Source: Patescibacteria group bacterium (lineage in GTDB: Bacteria; Patescibacteriota; Microgenomatia; Levybacterales; UBA12049). Taken from it: DNA of 64,000 nt. Numbering within the stretch: the first letter of the stretch is position 1; the number at the start of each line of letters is the position of its first letter. The stretch spans positions 27,681 through 91,680 of the forward strand of contig JBBTXS010000009.1 in assembly GCA_038062115.1 (NCBI GenBank), in the 5' to 3' direction. The notes beneath the pieces were generated by a model. The model saw only the letters and a list, made by a program, of their open reading frames with translations, searched no databases and was not told the origin of the DNA. The position numbers and the translations under genes were made by a program. Positions 35,793-43,978 of this stretch are shown piece by piece.

Positions 35793-35874
35793 AAATCATC
35801 ACCTTCGGGTGGTCGTAGATGGTAAACCCACCATAAAGATTTTATAGGGGTTGGGGTTGAAAAACAATAACAAC
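35786..35874 (-). repeat. R1: stub of a GT-C gene 3' end (cassette-boundary repeat)
   Basis: The minus strand encodes ...FFNPNPYKIF..(fs)..IYDHPKVMIFENDK*, with the stop overlapping the downstream GT-C start (ATG 35786). Shares 13 identical nt (ctacgaccacccg) with 38138-38150. Confidence 0.7.
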
Positions 35875-35904
35875 CGCCTTCGGTGTAATACACTACAAAA
35901 AAAT

Positions 35905-35933
35905 TTGACAAATAGAGCATCCTTTGGTACATT
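35905..35933 (+). promoter_or_regulatory. Promoter-like TTGACA-17-TACATT
   Basis: TTGACA at 35905-35910, a 17-nt spacer, TACATT at 35928-35933. Precedes a GC-rich structured segment. Confidence 0.4.
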
Positions 35934-35939
35934 ATAGAT

Positions 35940-36042
35940 GCTCGAAAACGTCCGTATGGTCGCTGCCCCGCTAAAGCGGGGATAGGGCCAGCCAGCCGCT
36001 TAACAATGCTGGGTTGCCAGGTCTAGACAACCTGGTTTTTTT
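35940..36042 (+). ncRNA. Candidate small RNA (about 100 nt) with its own promoter and intrinsic terminator
   Basis: GC-rich island in AT-rich DNA. Hairpins CCCCGC-TAAA-GCGGGG and CCAGC..GCTGG. Terminator CCAGGT-ctagaca-ACCTGG + T7 (36017-36042). No credible ORF. Confidence 0.35.
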
Positions 36043-36616
36043 ATACCTCAATAACAATACTTGTCTTCTTAAAGCGTTTTATAAACTGCAAGGCATACTT
36101 TTCGTTCTCATAAGCTTCCCGCAAAAAACCAGCCATCGCATCAGATAATCTCAGAAAAATGTTCTGTTCGTCTTTCATGCCTCTAATTTTTCTATATCTT
36201 ATCTTGAGCTTCTTCAATTCTCCTCTTACTACGTCTCTTTCTTTATCATTTAGACCGTCAATAATAACGGTAACGGTGTAATTTGTAGTTTCCTTTGCAA
36301 GAACGGCTTTCGCAATTGTAAAAGAGGTTAATTTGGAATATTCCTTTGAAGCCTGGTATGTTGCATAAAAAATACTCTTTCTAAGCTCTTTGACTTGAAC
36401 TAGCTCATCAAGGTACTTTTGTTTAACCTTTTTGGTTGTCTTTTTCCACTTTGACTGCCTTTTACCAGTTATCTCTTCAATCCCTTCAAGTTTTTTCTCA
36501 AGTACTTCTAGTTCACTAATATCTTTAAGGACAACTGCAACCAAAAATAGCTCTCCTTTCGTATCCTGTCCTGTCTCATCGACATAGCAATAAAGTTTAG
36601 TAAGCATCACTGTCAT
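36041..36616 (-). CDS. DUF3800-like protein
   Basis: N-terminal YVDETG and C-terminal LRLSDAMAGFL resemble the DUF3800 signature (DExG ... QxADxxA). 191 aa. Confidence 0.5.
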   Translation of the reverse strand: MTVMLTKLYCYVDETGQDTKGELFLVAVVLKDISELEVLEKKLEGIEEITGKRQSKWKKTTKKVKQKYLDELVQVKELRKSIFYATYQASKEYSKLTSFTIAKAVLAKETTNYTVTVIIDGLNDKERDVVRGELKKLKIRYRKIRGMKDEQNIFLRLSDAMAGFLREAYENEKYALQFIKRFKKTSIVIEV

Positions 36617-36652
36617 TGTAGCAAATATTAGTAATTTTCAGGATAAGCCATT

Positions 36653-36740
36653 TTCTCAAATATCATCACCTTCGGATGATCGTAGACGTAAGCTCGCTAT
36701 AAAGATTTTATAGGGATTGGGGTTGGAAGACAATAGAGAG
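36653..36740 (-). repeat. R2: stub of a GT-C gene 3' end (cassette-boundary repeat)
   Basis: About 80% identical to R1 by eye. The minus strand encodes ..SSNPNPYKIF..(fs)..VYDHPKVMIFEKMAYPENY*. Confidence 0.7.
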
Positions 36741-36805
36741 CGTTGAGGACTTGTGCAGTGGCGAATAACCATTAAAGTTTGGTATAATAAAAAGGGTAAT
36801 ACATT

Positions 36806-37096
36806 ATGACGCAGGCAAATTTAGGTCGAATTAAACGGAAAGTTTTGCCAATTCTTAAAGAGGCAGGTGTTACACGATTCTCTCTCTTTGGTTCCTATGT
36901 GCGTGGAGAGCAAAAAAAAGATAGTGATATAGACATACTTATTGATTTTCCGAGGGGAAAGGGACTTTTTGAGTTTGCTGGATTGCAATTTCAATTGGAA
37001 GATGCGCTGAAAAAAAAGGTTGATTTAGTGGAATATGAATCCTTAAATCCTCTTTTGAAAGAACGTATTTTGGCAGAGCAGGTGCAAATTTTATGA
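36806..37096 (+). CDS. Nucleotidyltransferase-domain antitoxin (MntA-type)
   Basis: GSYVRGEQKKDSDIDILIDF minimal NTase motif. 96 aa. Confidence 0.8.
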   Translation: MTQANLGRIKRKVLPILKEAGVTRFSLFGSYVRGEQKKDSDIDILIDFPRGKGLFEFAGLQFQLEDALKKKVDLVEYESLNPLLKERILAEQVQIL

Positions 37097-37103
37097 ATAT
37101 TTT

Positions 37104-37222
37104 ATGAATAAAGACACAGTTGTTTTTCTTATTTTGGTATAAACTTCAAAACTGTTTGGGATACAGTAATAGTAAGTATTCCTGAGTTTAAGAAGCAAAT
37201 TGAAAAACTCCTCGAAGAATAA
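37104..37222 (+). pseudogene. HepT (DUF86/HEPN) toxin remnant with a large internal deletion
   Basis: MNKDTVVFLILV* (N-terminal codons), then in another frame ...FKTVWDTVIVSIPEFKKQIEKLLEE*, typical of the DUF86 C-terminus. The Rx4-6H core is missing. Confidence 0.5.
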
Positions 37223-37241
37223 AAGTTATAAAAGCGAAATT

Positions 37242-37305
37242 TTCTCAAAAATCATCACCTTCTACTAAAGATTTTATATGGATTGGGGTGGGAAGGCAAT
37301 GGCCA
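37242..37305 (-). repeat. R3: shortened copy of the cassette-boundary repeat
   Basis: Same ends as R1/R2 (TTCTCAAAAATCATCACCTT ... AAAGATTTTATATGGATTGGGGTGG) but lacks the roughly 22-bp YDHP-encoding segment. Confidence 0.65.
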
Positions 37306-37388
37306 AGATGTGATTATAGCTTACAAGGATTTTTAGAGATAACAAGGACTTGACAAGGAGACATTGTTTTCCTTATAATTCATTGTAT

Positions 37389-37643
37389 ATGGCACAGATG
37401 GCGACTATTACTTCGAAAATGCAGCTTACTTTACCCGTATCAATTGCTCGGAAAATTGGCATAAAAAGCGGCCAGAAAGTAACAGTTTCTGAAAAAGACG
37501 GTGATATTATTATTACCCCAGCCGAGCGGCTCGTTAAAGAGCTCGCTGGTTCGCTAAAATACCTTAAAAAGAAAGATAATAAAACACTCGATGAAATAAT
37601 TAAAGAAGCAAAATACACTTATTTTAAATCACATAAAAGATGA
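37389..37643 (+). CDS. AbrB/SpoVT-family antitoxin
   Basis: SKMQLTLPVSIARKIGIKSGQKVTVSEKDGDIIITP swapped-hairpin motif. The stop overlaps the PIN gene start. Confidence 0.75.
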   Translation: MAQMATITSKMQLTLPVSIARKIGIKSGQKVTVSEKDGDIIITPAERLVKELAGSLKYLKKKDNKTLDEIIKEAKYTYFKSHKR

Positions 37644-38038
37644 TGTTTGTAGACACGAATTATTTTCTTCGATACTTAATTGCAGACGATAAAAAGCAAT
37701 ACGAGATTGCAAATCAGTTATTCCTCGATGGCTCTAGAGGAAAAATAAAACTAATCAGTTCAACTATTGTATTTTTTGAAACCTACTGGGTATTAAAATC
37801 ATATTACTCTACTCCAAAAGAAAGGCTGCTTATAACCCTAAAGAGAATATTGCAAATGCATTTTATCAATTTTGGCGAAAGGGACATATTGGAGGAAACT
37901 ATTAGGTTATTTGGGAAGACTACTTTTGATCTTGAGGATTGTTATAACGTTTTCTACGCTAAAACTCATAAAATTAAGAACTTTAAAACGTTCGATGAGA
38001 AATTGATTAAACAGTGGAACAAAGAAACTAAAAATTAA
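37640..38038 (+). CDS. PIN-domain toxin (VapC-like)
   Basis: MMFVDTNYFLRYL... with acidic residues spaced as in PIN domains (D5, E46, D98-like). 132 aa. Confidence 0.75.
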   Translation: MMFVDTNYFLRYLIADDKKQYEIANQLFLDGSRGKIKLISSTIVFFETYWVLKSYYSTPKERLLITLKRILQMHFINFGERDILEETIRLFGKTTFDLEDCYNVFYAKTHKIKNFKTFDEKLIKQWNKETKN

Positions 38039-38047
38039 AACAGAGTT

Positions 38048-38068
38048 TTCCCCAAATATCATCACCTT
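38048..38068 (-). repeat. R4: partial cassette-boundary repeat abutting the stop of the intact GT-C gene
   Basis: TTCCCCAAATATCATCACCTT matches the R1-R3 left end. Together with the last roughly 25 nt of the gene it resembles the R3 form. Confidence 0.55.
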
Positions 38069-39677
38069 ATAGTAGAAGATTCCTTATGTAAGCGTCCGAG
38101 TATTTGCGAACGTTTTTAAAGATTAAAACTGGCGGGTGGTCGTAGCTTTGGAAACTTTCGTCTGCAAAATCATCGCTAACATAGAAAGGATAATTTGTGA
38201 ATTTCTTTACCAATTTAAAGCCTAATTTTTCTTTAAATAATAATTGGTAGAAGTTTGAAGTATATGGATACTGTTTAGGATTTTTTAAAATTGAATAATA
38301 AACTCTGCGGCTCGAAATTACAAAATAATCACTCTGCGACAAAGTTGTTGAAAGGCTTGAGATTTTTTCCAAAGAATCTGGTTCGTACACGGGCAACTGG
38401 ATCATCTGGTACTGTTTGCCTAAATTTGTTGAAAGCATAAGCGGAAGACTATCGTCCCAATGCTCGCCAGCAATAGTAGCTTGAGTAGAGACATTTCGAT
38501 AAATCCATGAAGATGCGGCTATTCTAGTGTGGGGTTTAATATAGATATTAAGATAAAGCATGCCGTTAACGACAATAAAAAATAAAAGGACTAATAAAGT
38601 GGGCTTTTTGAATCTAACTAAAGCTACAGAAGCCCAGAATGATAAAAAAGGAATTAGTAAAACATAGTATCTTGAAAATTTGGCGTACCAAGCTCCGGTC
38701 CACAAAAAGTAAAGAATTGGAAAAATTAGAATAAATAAATACATGTAGCTCTTTTTTTCTTTGAGTTTTTTAAAAATAAGCGCTAAGCCAACAAAAGATA
38801 AAGGCACAGAAATAAAACCAAAGGCGAATGGCAGAATTTTCATTAAAGGATAAAGATAGGGTTTTGTTTGTTCGTAAATTATGGTATAGACTGGTTTATT
38901 TCTCCCGTACACTACATTCTGTTCGTAATTCTGCCTTTCTTTAAAACGAGCAAAGTCTATAATTTGGTATGGGGCTAGAACAGCGCCGAAGATGGCAGAC
39001 GTAAATACAAAAAGTAATATAAAGAAAATTAGTTTTTTTAACTTCTTTTCTTTAAAGAAAAGAAAAACAAAAGATATCATGGGGACAATAAGGAAAGTTA
39101 GTCCAACAATTTTCGTTGCGTAGGACATGCCTATTAAAAGACCCAAAGGAACAAAAAGTAAATAATTTTTATTTTTTACTGCTTTGATGCTTAAAAAAGT
39201 AATTAAAGTTATAAAAAAAATTAGCATGCTTTCTGTTGTGTTAAAGTGAGCATGTTGAATACTGCCAGTAGAAAAAGCAAAAATAAGGGCTGCTATTATG
39301 CCAATCTTTTTATTAAATAGTTCTTTAGATACAAAAAAGATTAGAGGAATAGTTAAAACACTAAATACAGACGACACCAAACGGCTTACAAATAAAAAAC
39401 TTGGGTTTGGGAGAATAGCTGCATGTATTATCTTGTAAATAAATAGAGGAAACGAACCATAAGAGAATTCTTTTGAGTTTAGGGGTGAATCTTTAGACAA
39501 TAAAAGGCTGAATTCTTTTGGTATGTAAATATTTGAGCTGTTGACATATATCCTTTCGTCTGGATGTAAATAATGCCCCTCATCCCAATTTAGACCATAC
39601 AAACGCAAAATTGCGCCAAGTATAAGGATTACAAAAAGCAGTATTTTTTCTTTATTGAAAAAACTAAAACTTTTCAT
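38067..39677 (-). CDS. GT-C superfamily membrane glycosyltransferase-like protein (DUF2298/PMT-like)
   Basis: 536 aa, polytopic, first-loop LHPDERIY motif, C-terminus ...SYDHPPVLIFKNVRKYSDAYIRNLLL. Confidence 0.65.
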   Translation of the reverse strand: MKSFSFFNKEKILLFVILILGAILRLYGLNWDEGHYLHPDERIYVNSSNIYIPKEFSLLLSKDSPLNSKEFSYGSFPLFIYKIIHAAILPNPSFLFVSRLVSSVFSVLTIPLIFFVSKELFNKKIGIIAALIFAFSTGSIQHAHFNTTESMLIFFITLITFLSIKAVKNKNYLLFVPLGLLIGMSYATKIVGLTFLIVPMISFVFLFFKEKKLKKLIFFILLFVFTSAIFGAVLAPYQIIDFARFKERQNYEQNVVYGRNKPVYTIIYEQTKPYLYPLMKILPFAFGFISVPLSFVGLALIFKKLKEKKSYMYLFILIFPILYFLWTGAWYAKFSRYYVLLIPFLSFWASVALVRFKKPTLLVLLFFIVVNGMLYLNIYIKPHTRIAASSWIYRNVSTQATIAGEHWDDSLPLMLSTNLGKQYQMIQLPVYEPDSLEKISSLSTTLSQSDYFVISSRRVYYSILKNPKQYPYTSNFYQLLFKEKLGFKLVKKFTNYPFYVSDDFADESFQSYDHPPVLIFKNVRKYSDAYIRNLLL

Positions 39678-39726
39678 GAATCTTCTTTACACTCTAATGA
39701 TATGTATTATTAGAGTGCTGTTATGA

Positions 39727-41427
39727 TTATCCACCTTCAAGTAGTTGCCTATACTGTTCAGGCAATAATTGCCGATTTTTTTTGAATACTCTAATTACCG
39801 GGTGGTCGAAAACGCTCCATGTTTCTTCAGCTTGTTCATCGGGAAATTCAATGTTTTGCCCAAGCAGTGATAGCCTGGGATACGAATGGACTTCTTTAAT
39901 CTGTTCAAAACCCATTCTTTCCTCAAAAAGCGCATTATAGAAATGCGCAGTTCTTGGATATAATCTTGGTAGTCTTTGATGGTTATAAAAGACTCGACGA
40001 CTCTGTATAAGAAAATAATCTGCTCTTTCTAATCCGGCTGCAATTTCTGCTCGTGTATTTTGGTTTTCTTCAAAATTGTAGAAGTTGAATCCTAAACGCT
40101 TAAAGTTTCCTGCCAGAGGAATATCGATCATATTTCCTCCCTCCACCAAAAAAGTAGATCCCGGCAAAGCAACGGATTCGATCCATTTGGAAGCTGTTAT
40201 ACGGATATCATCATTGGTATAGATTGAGAAAAAAGACATTGTCCAAAGCACTGTACCAAACATAAGAACTCCGCCTAAAAAATAATAAACGGATCGCTGC
40301 GTTTTCTTTGCGAACGTTTGCAAAGAAATGGCTGCAAATATGGCAAAGAAAGGAAAAGTTGGAGCAATAAATCTGGTCCACTTGGCAAAAAGCAAAGCGT
40401 TTGTTAAGAATAAAGACAGAAACGCGAGTATAAGCATAATCAGCTCTATTTTTGGTTTTCTAACAAAATTGATAGCAAGAAATATAATTCCTACGGTTGA
40501 AAACAAGAAAAGAAATGGTCCCAAAGCATAGAGTAAGATCTTTTCTGCTTGAAAAAGAATTGGCATAGTATCTATAAACTGCCTTGTGTAAAAAACAGGA
40601 ATTTTTCCAATAGCAAGTCCTCCTTCGTATTCGAAGTTGCCTCGGAAGTCGGAAAAATCAAGAAAAACATAAGGCGCGACAATGGCAAAAGTTGCAAGAA
40701 CAACGATTATATTTACAAGAGTCAATCCTGTAAATTTTAGCAGTGTTTTAAGAGCCTGCTTTATAAATAAAATCGGTGTTTTAAAAGACAGGTTTTTGGG
40801 ATACGATTTAATAATTATAGCTGCTATTAACGGTAGCAAAAATACAACAGAGCTTATTTTTACGCCCAAAGCAAAGCCTAAAGCAATAGAGGCAAGGATT
40901 AGATATAAAGCTTTATTATGCTTTAGAAATTTTAGTATCAAAAGCAAGGATCCAAATAAAAAGAAAGTTAATGTGGATTCGGGAGTGGCAAAGTGAGCCT
41001 GCTGAATAAGCCCGGGAGTTATGGCTACCAATAAAGCCGCAAAATAAGAAAAACGTCTTTCCATGAAAGACCGGCAGATTTTATAAACAATAATTATGGT
41101 TAATGTGGAAAATAACGCAGAATAAAACCGACCAATTAAAAACGAATTAAGAATTAAGAATTTAGAATTAAGAATGGAAGGAAATAATTTTAATAGTTCT
41201 TGGGTAAAGTAGATTAGGTAAATAGTTACTGTTCCATAAGAGAAAAAATGTGGATGCATTTGGGTTGGAAAAGATAGTTGATTTACAGAACCAGCAATAT
41301 GATACTCATCGGGATGGGTGAATAGACTATTACCCCAATCTAGCTTGTAAAAACGAAGAAAAGCACCAACTATAAGTATACAACTTATTAAGAAAAATAA
41401 TTTCTGTTGTTTGATAAACTGGATCAT
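39727..41427 (-). CDS. GT-C superfamily membrane glycosyltransferase-like protein (paralog)
   Basis: Polytopic, THPDEYHI motif, C-terminus ...SVFDHPVIRVFKK.... ATG 41427 overlaps the upstream stop (ATGA). Confidence 0.65.
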   Translation of the reverse strand: MIQFIKQQKLFFLISCILIVGAFLRFYKLDWGNSLFTHPDEYHIAGSVNQLSFPTQMHPHFFSYGTVTIYLIYFTQELLKLFPSILNSKFLILNSFLIGRFYSALFSTLTIIIVYKICRSFMERRFSYFAALLVAITPGLIQQAHFATPESTLTFFLFGSLLLILKFLKHNKALYLILASIALGFALGVKISSVVFLLPLIAAIIIKSYPKNLSFKTPILFIKQALKTLLKFTGLTLVNIIVVLATFAIVAPYVFLDFSDFRGNFEYEGGLAIGKIPVFYTRQFIDTMPILFQAEKILLYALGPFLFLFSTVGIIFLAINFVRKPKIELIMLILAFLSLFLTNALLFAKWTRFIAPTFPFFAIFAAISLQTFAKKTQRSVYYFLGGVLMFGTVLWTMSFFSIYTNDDIRITASKWIESVALPGSTFLVEGGNMIDIPLAGNFKRLGFNFYNFEENQNTRAEIAAGLERADYFLIQSRRVFYNHQRLPRLYPRTAHFYNALFEERMGFEQIKEVHSYPRLSLLGQNIEFPDEQAEETWSVFDHPVIRVFKKNRQLLPEQYRQLLEGG

Positions 41428-42464
41428 AGAGAAGAAATGCCTCCTCGGGTTTTGATAAAAAGAAGGCATCCTATTGCAACTATGGAGAGGCCAAATATGC
41501 CAGCAATTAGAATCGATGAATTACCAAGTGGCGCTTCGGGAGCAATAGTTGGTAATACTATAACTGGCGTTGGGGAAGGAATTGGAGTTGGGGTTGGCAT
41601 AGAAGTTGGGGTTGGAGTTGGAGTTGGAGAGGGGGTAGGGCTCGCAGAAGGCGTTGCAATGCTTAGAACAATAGAGGAAAAACCTAAAAGAACAGCAGAC
41701 TTAGAGGAAGTCGGCGCAGTTTTTTGCGTAAAATCATAATCGTTGGATAAAGTTATTACTGGAATTGTATTTATTTGTGCTCCTTGGAGCAAAACACTGG
41801 ATTTAAGAACTCCATTTGTAATTATCATTTTAATAACATTGTTTTTGTCAAGAGTTACAGGGGAAGATAGATCTTGGGACAACAAAGAGTTTAATGCCAA
41901 TAAGTAAGTGCCATCGGTTTTAGATAGAGATGAGATCTCTTGTGCTTTAGACACCTTAGCGTATACTAGAGCTTCTTTTGGACTTTCTCCAGTAGGAAGA
42001 ACGATTTTACCTGTGATTGGAGTTTGTGTAATTTGTGTAATTTGAGGTTTTGGTGCAGTTGTTGTTTCGTAAGGCATATTGTTATTTAAAAACGTATTTT
42101 GTCCTGAAGTAATTGTGAAAAAATATTGAGTAGCTGGTTTAAGATAATGCAACGTAAAACTGTGGACTTTATGAGGTCTAATTCCTTCCCCTTGGTCTCT
42201 ATCGTCTAATGCAGTTTGTCCTAAATTTTTATCTGTACCAAAATTCACTGAGCCTATATTTTCTACTTCTGTCGTATAAGACACAGTAAAACTGGTGTCT
42301 AAAATATTGGTAATTTTTACATTTTGTGGAGTTTGTGTGATATCGGCACGACTCACAAAAACAGTACTACTTTTAACAAGTATAGATGTCATTACAATGC
42401 TAGTTCCTATTAAGAGTATACTTAAAAGAGTTGGTATTCGTTTATCCCAAAATGTGTTTCTCAT
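41424..42464 (-). CDS. Surface protein with N-terminal TM, FN3-like domain, Pro/Thr linker and C-terminal TM anchor
   Basis: PQNVKITNILDTSFTVSYTT...YFFTITSG is FN3-like. PTPSPTPTPTPT linker. Ends in a hydrophobic helix plus KTRGG. Confidence 0.55.
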   Translation of the reverse strand: MRNTFWDKRIPTLLSILLIGTSIVMTSILVKSSTVFVSRADITQTPQNVKITNILDTSFTVSYTTEVENIGSVNFGTDKNLGQTALDDRDQGEGIRPHKVHSFTLHYLKPATQYFFTITSGQNTFLNNNMPYETTTAPKPQITQITQTPITGKIVLPTGESPKEALVYAKVSKAQEISSLSKTDGTYLLALNSLLSQDLSSPVTLDKNNVIKMIITNGVLKSSVLLQGAQINTIPVITLSNDYDFTQKTAPTSSKSAVLLGFSSIVLSIATPSASPTPSPTPTPTPTSMPTPTPIPSPTPVIVLPTIAPEAPLGNSSILIAGIFGLSIVAIGCLLFIKTRGGISSL

Positions 42465-42781
42465 GGAGTAATACTTGCTCCACTCGTTGCTGAAGGCTCA
42501 CTTACAGAAGGCGCAGGGATTAGGGTTGGGGTCGGAGTTGGACTTAAGGTTGGGGTTAGGGTTTCTGCTTTTTGAAGTTGGAAGACTGGCACTATTCTCT
42601 CTCTTTCTTTTAAATTAGAGATTGTTTTAGTATCAAAATTTGGACTTATTGGCAAAATGTTGGTATTTAAAGTACCAGATATAGTTGATGTAGCTGAGTT
42701 ATGGTATATATTAAAACCAATCCAAGCTATAACAATTAATGTTACTGGGATTAAAAGAAAAAGAATGTCTTTTTGTTTCAT
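42461..42781 (-). CDS. Small membrane-anchored Pro/Thr-rich protein
   Basis: 106 aa, N-terminal TM, TPTLSPTPTPTLIPAPS tail. Overlapping stop/start codons on both sides. Confidence 0.5.
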   Translation of the reverse strand: MKQKDILFLLIPVTLIVIAWIGFNIYHNSATSTISGTLNTNILPISPNFDTKTISNLKERERIVPVFQLQKAETLTPTLSPTPTPTLIPAPSVSEPSATSGASITP

Positions 42782-43407
42782 AGTTTATAATAAGCTAAAC
42801 CCCGAAGACTAAATCTTAAGGCTCCAGCTTTATCGGCAGTGCTGTCGATAGAAAATGTATCGATACTAATTATTCTCTGCATATTTACTATCTTAGAAAA
42901 AAATGCCGATATATCTTCAAAATTACCACTGCCGCTTAAGGAAAAAGAATATGAGTAATATTTTTTTTCTCCAATATTTTGCCTAAAAAGTTCAACTGCA
43001 AGATTTTGTAAATTAGCAATACGGACATTCGTATTTTTAGCAATAGCTTGAATTTGTGCCAAAAGAAGAGGAACTTCAGGTCTCTCTGGTATCGAATCTA
43101 GCACATATGGAATATCTTCTTGGATGTCCGCATGCTTTTGCTGGAGAACGGAAAGGTTTCTGATTTTTTCCTCAAGACTATGCTCGACAAATTCATTATC
43201 AGATAGTTCTTTTTTTAACCTTACAATAGTTGAAAGTGTTGGATTTATGGCAAACATACCAAATAATGATATGGTTATCAAAGTAAGTATTATATTTGTA
43301 AGTTTTTGCGTTTGTTCATTTTTAAAGTTGGGAAGCGCTCCAAAATATCTAGCTTTTGTAATATCCTTAATGTTTTTGTTTGTAATGAACATATATTTAT
43401 CCAGCAC
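42778..43407 (-). CDS. PilO-like pilus assembly protein
   Basis: Cytoplasmic N-terminus, one TM, a coiled coil and a ferredoxin-like C-terminal region. Follows the PilN-like gene. Confidence 0.5.
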   Translation of the reverse strand: MLDKYMFITNKNIKDITKARYFGALPNFKNEQTQKLTNIILTLITISLFGMFAINPTLSTIVRLKKELSDNEFVEHSLEEKIRNLSVLQQKHADIQEDIPYVLDSIPERPEVPLLLAQIQAIAKNTNVRIANLQNLAVELFRQNIGEKKYYSYSFSLSGSGNFEDISAFFSKIVNMQRIISIDTFSIDSTADKAGALRFSLRGLAYYKL

Positions 43408-43423
43408 CGACTCGGTGCTGGAT

Positions 43424-43954
43424 TTATTGAAAATCAGCTGTAAAACTAACTGTTAAACCACGTGATGGCTTAATTTGTATGTTATCTAGATTTAACCTTC
43501 TTATCTTGGGATAAGTCTTTAAAGAGTTTATGAATAAATTTAGAGAAGATGTATTTTGTGCAATTGCGTTAATGCTTATTCGACTTTCATTCATAACTAA
43601 ATCGCTAAGCGTCAATCCTTCTGGTGCAAAATTTTGTATCTCTTGGAAAATTTTTATTTTCTCAACCCCACTATTGGAGAAAGTTGAAGCTAAAGCTAAA
43701 CGGTCTTGTAAATTACGATACTTATCTTCGCTGTTCTTATAAGACTTTACTATCAATTCTTGCTGTTTTATTTTTGAATGAAAGTCAATAAGTTGCCTAT
43801 CTAAAGAGAACCTGTATAAAAAGGCCAATAAGGCAATTAATTCAGTTATTATGGCCAATAAGCGACCAACTGTGAGTGCCCAAGCTATAAACTTGTCTAC
43901 AAAAGCTCCTTGTTTATTTTTGAGAAGATTTATAGAAAAAGTCTTTTTCTCCAT
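43424..43954 (-). CDS. PilN-like pilus assembly protein
   Basis: N-terminal FSINLLKNK motif (PilN INLLP), one TM, then a coiled coil. Confidence 0.55.
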   Translation of the reverse strand: MEKKTFSINLLKNKQGAFVDKFIAWALTVGRLLAIITELIALLAFLYRFSLDRQLIDFHSKIKQQELIVKSYKNSEDKYRNLQDRLALASTFSNSGVEKIKIFQEIQNFAPEGLTLSDLVMNESRISINAIAQNTSSLNLFINSLKTYPKIRRLNLDNIQIKPSRGLTVSFTADFQ

Positions 43955-43978
43955 ATCAACAGAATTTACGCGTTTTCT

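Noticed and set aside
41540-41660. Tandem DNA repeats (GGAGTTGG/GGGGTTGG units) as a possible satellite or contingency locus
   Set aside because: They are the antisense of codons for a Pro/Thr-rich linker (PTPSPTPTPTPT) within an intact ORF. A similar linker occurs in the next gene. This is ordinary low-complexity coding sequence.
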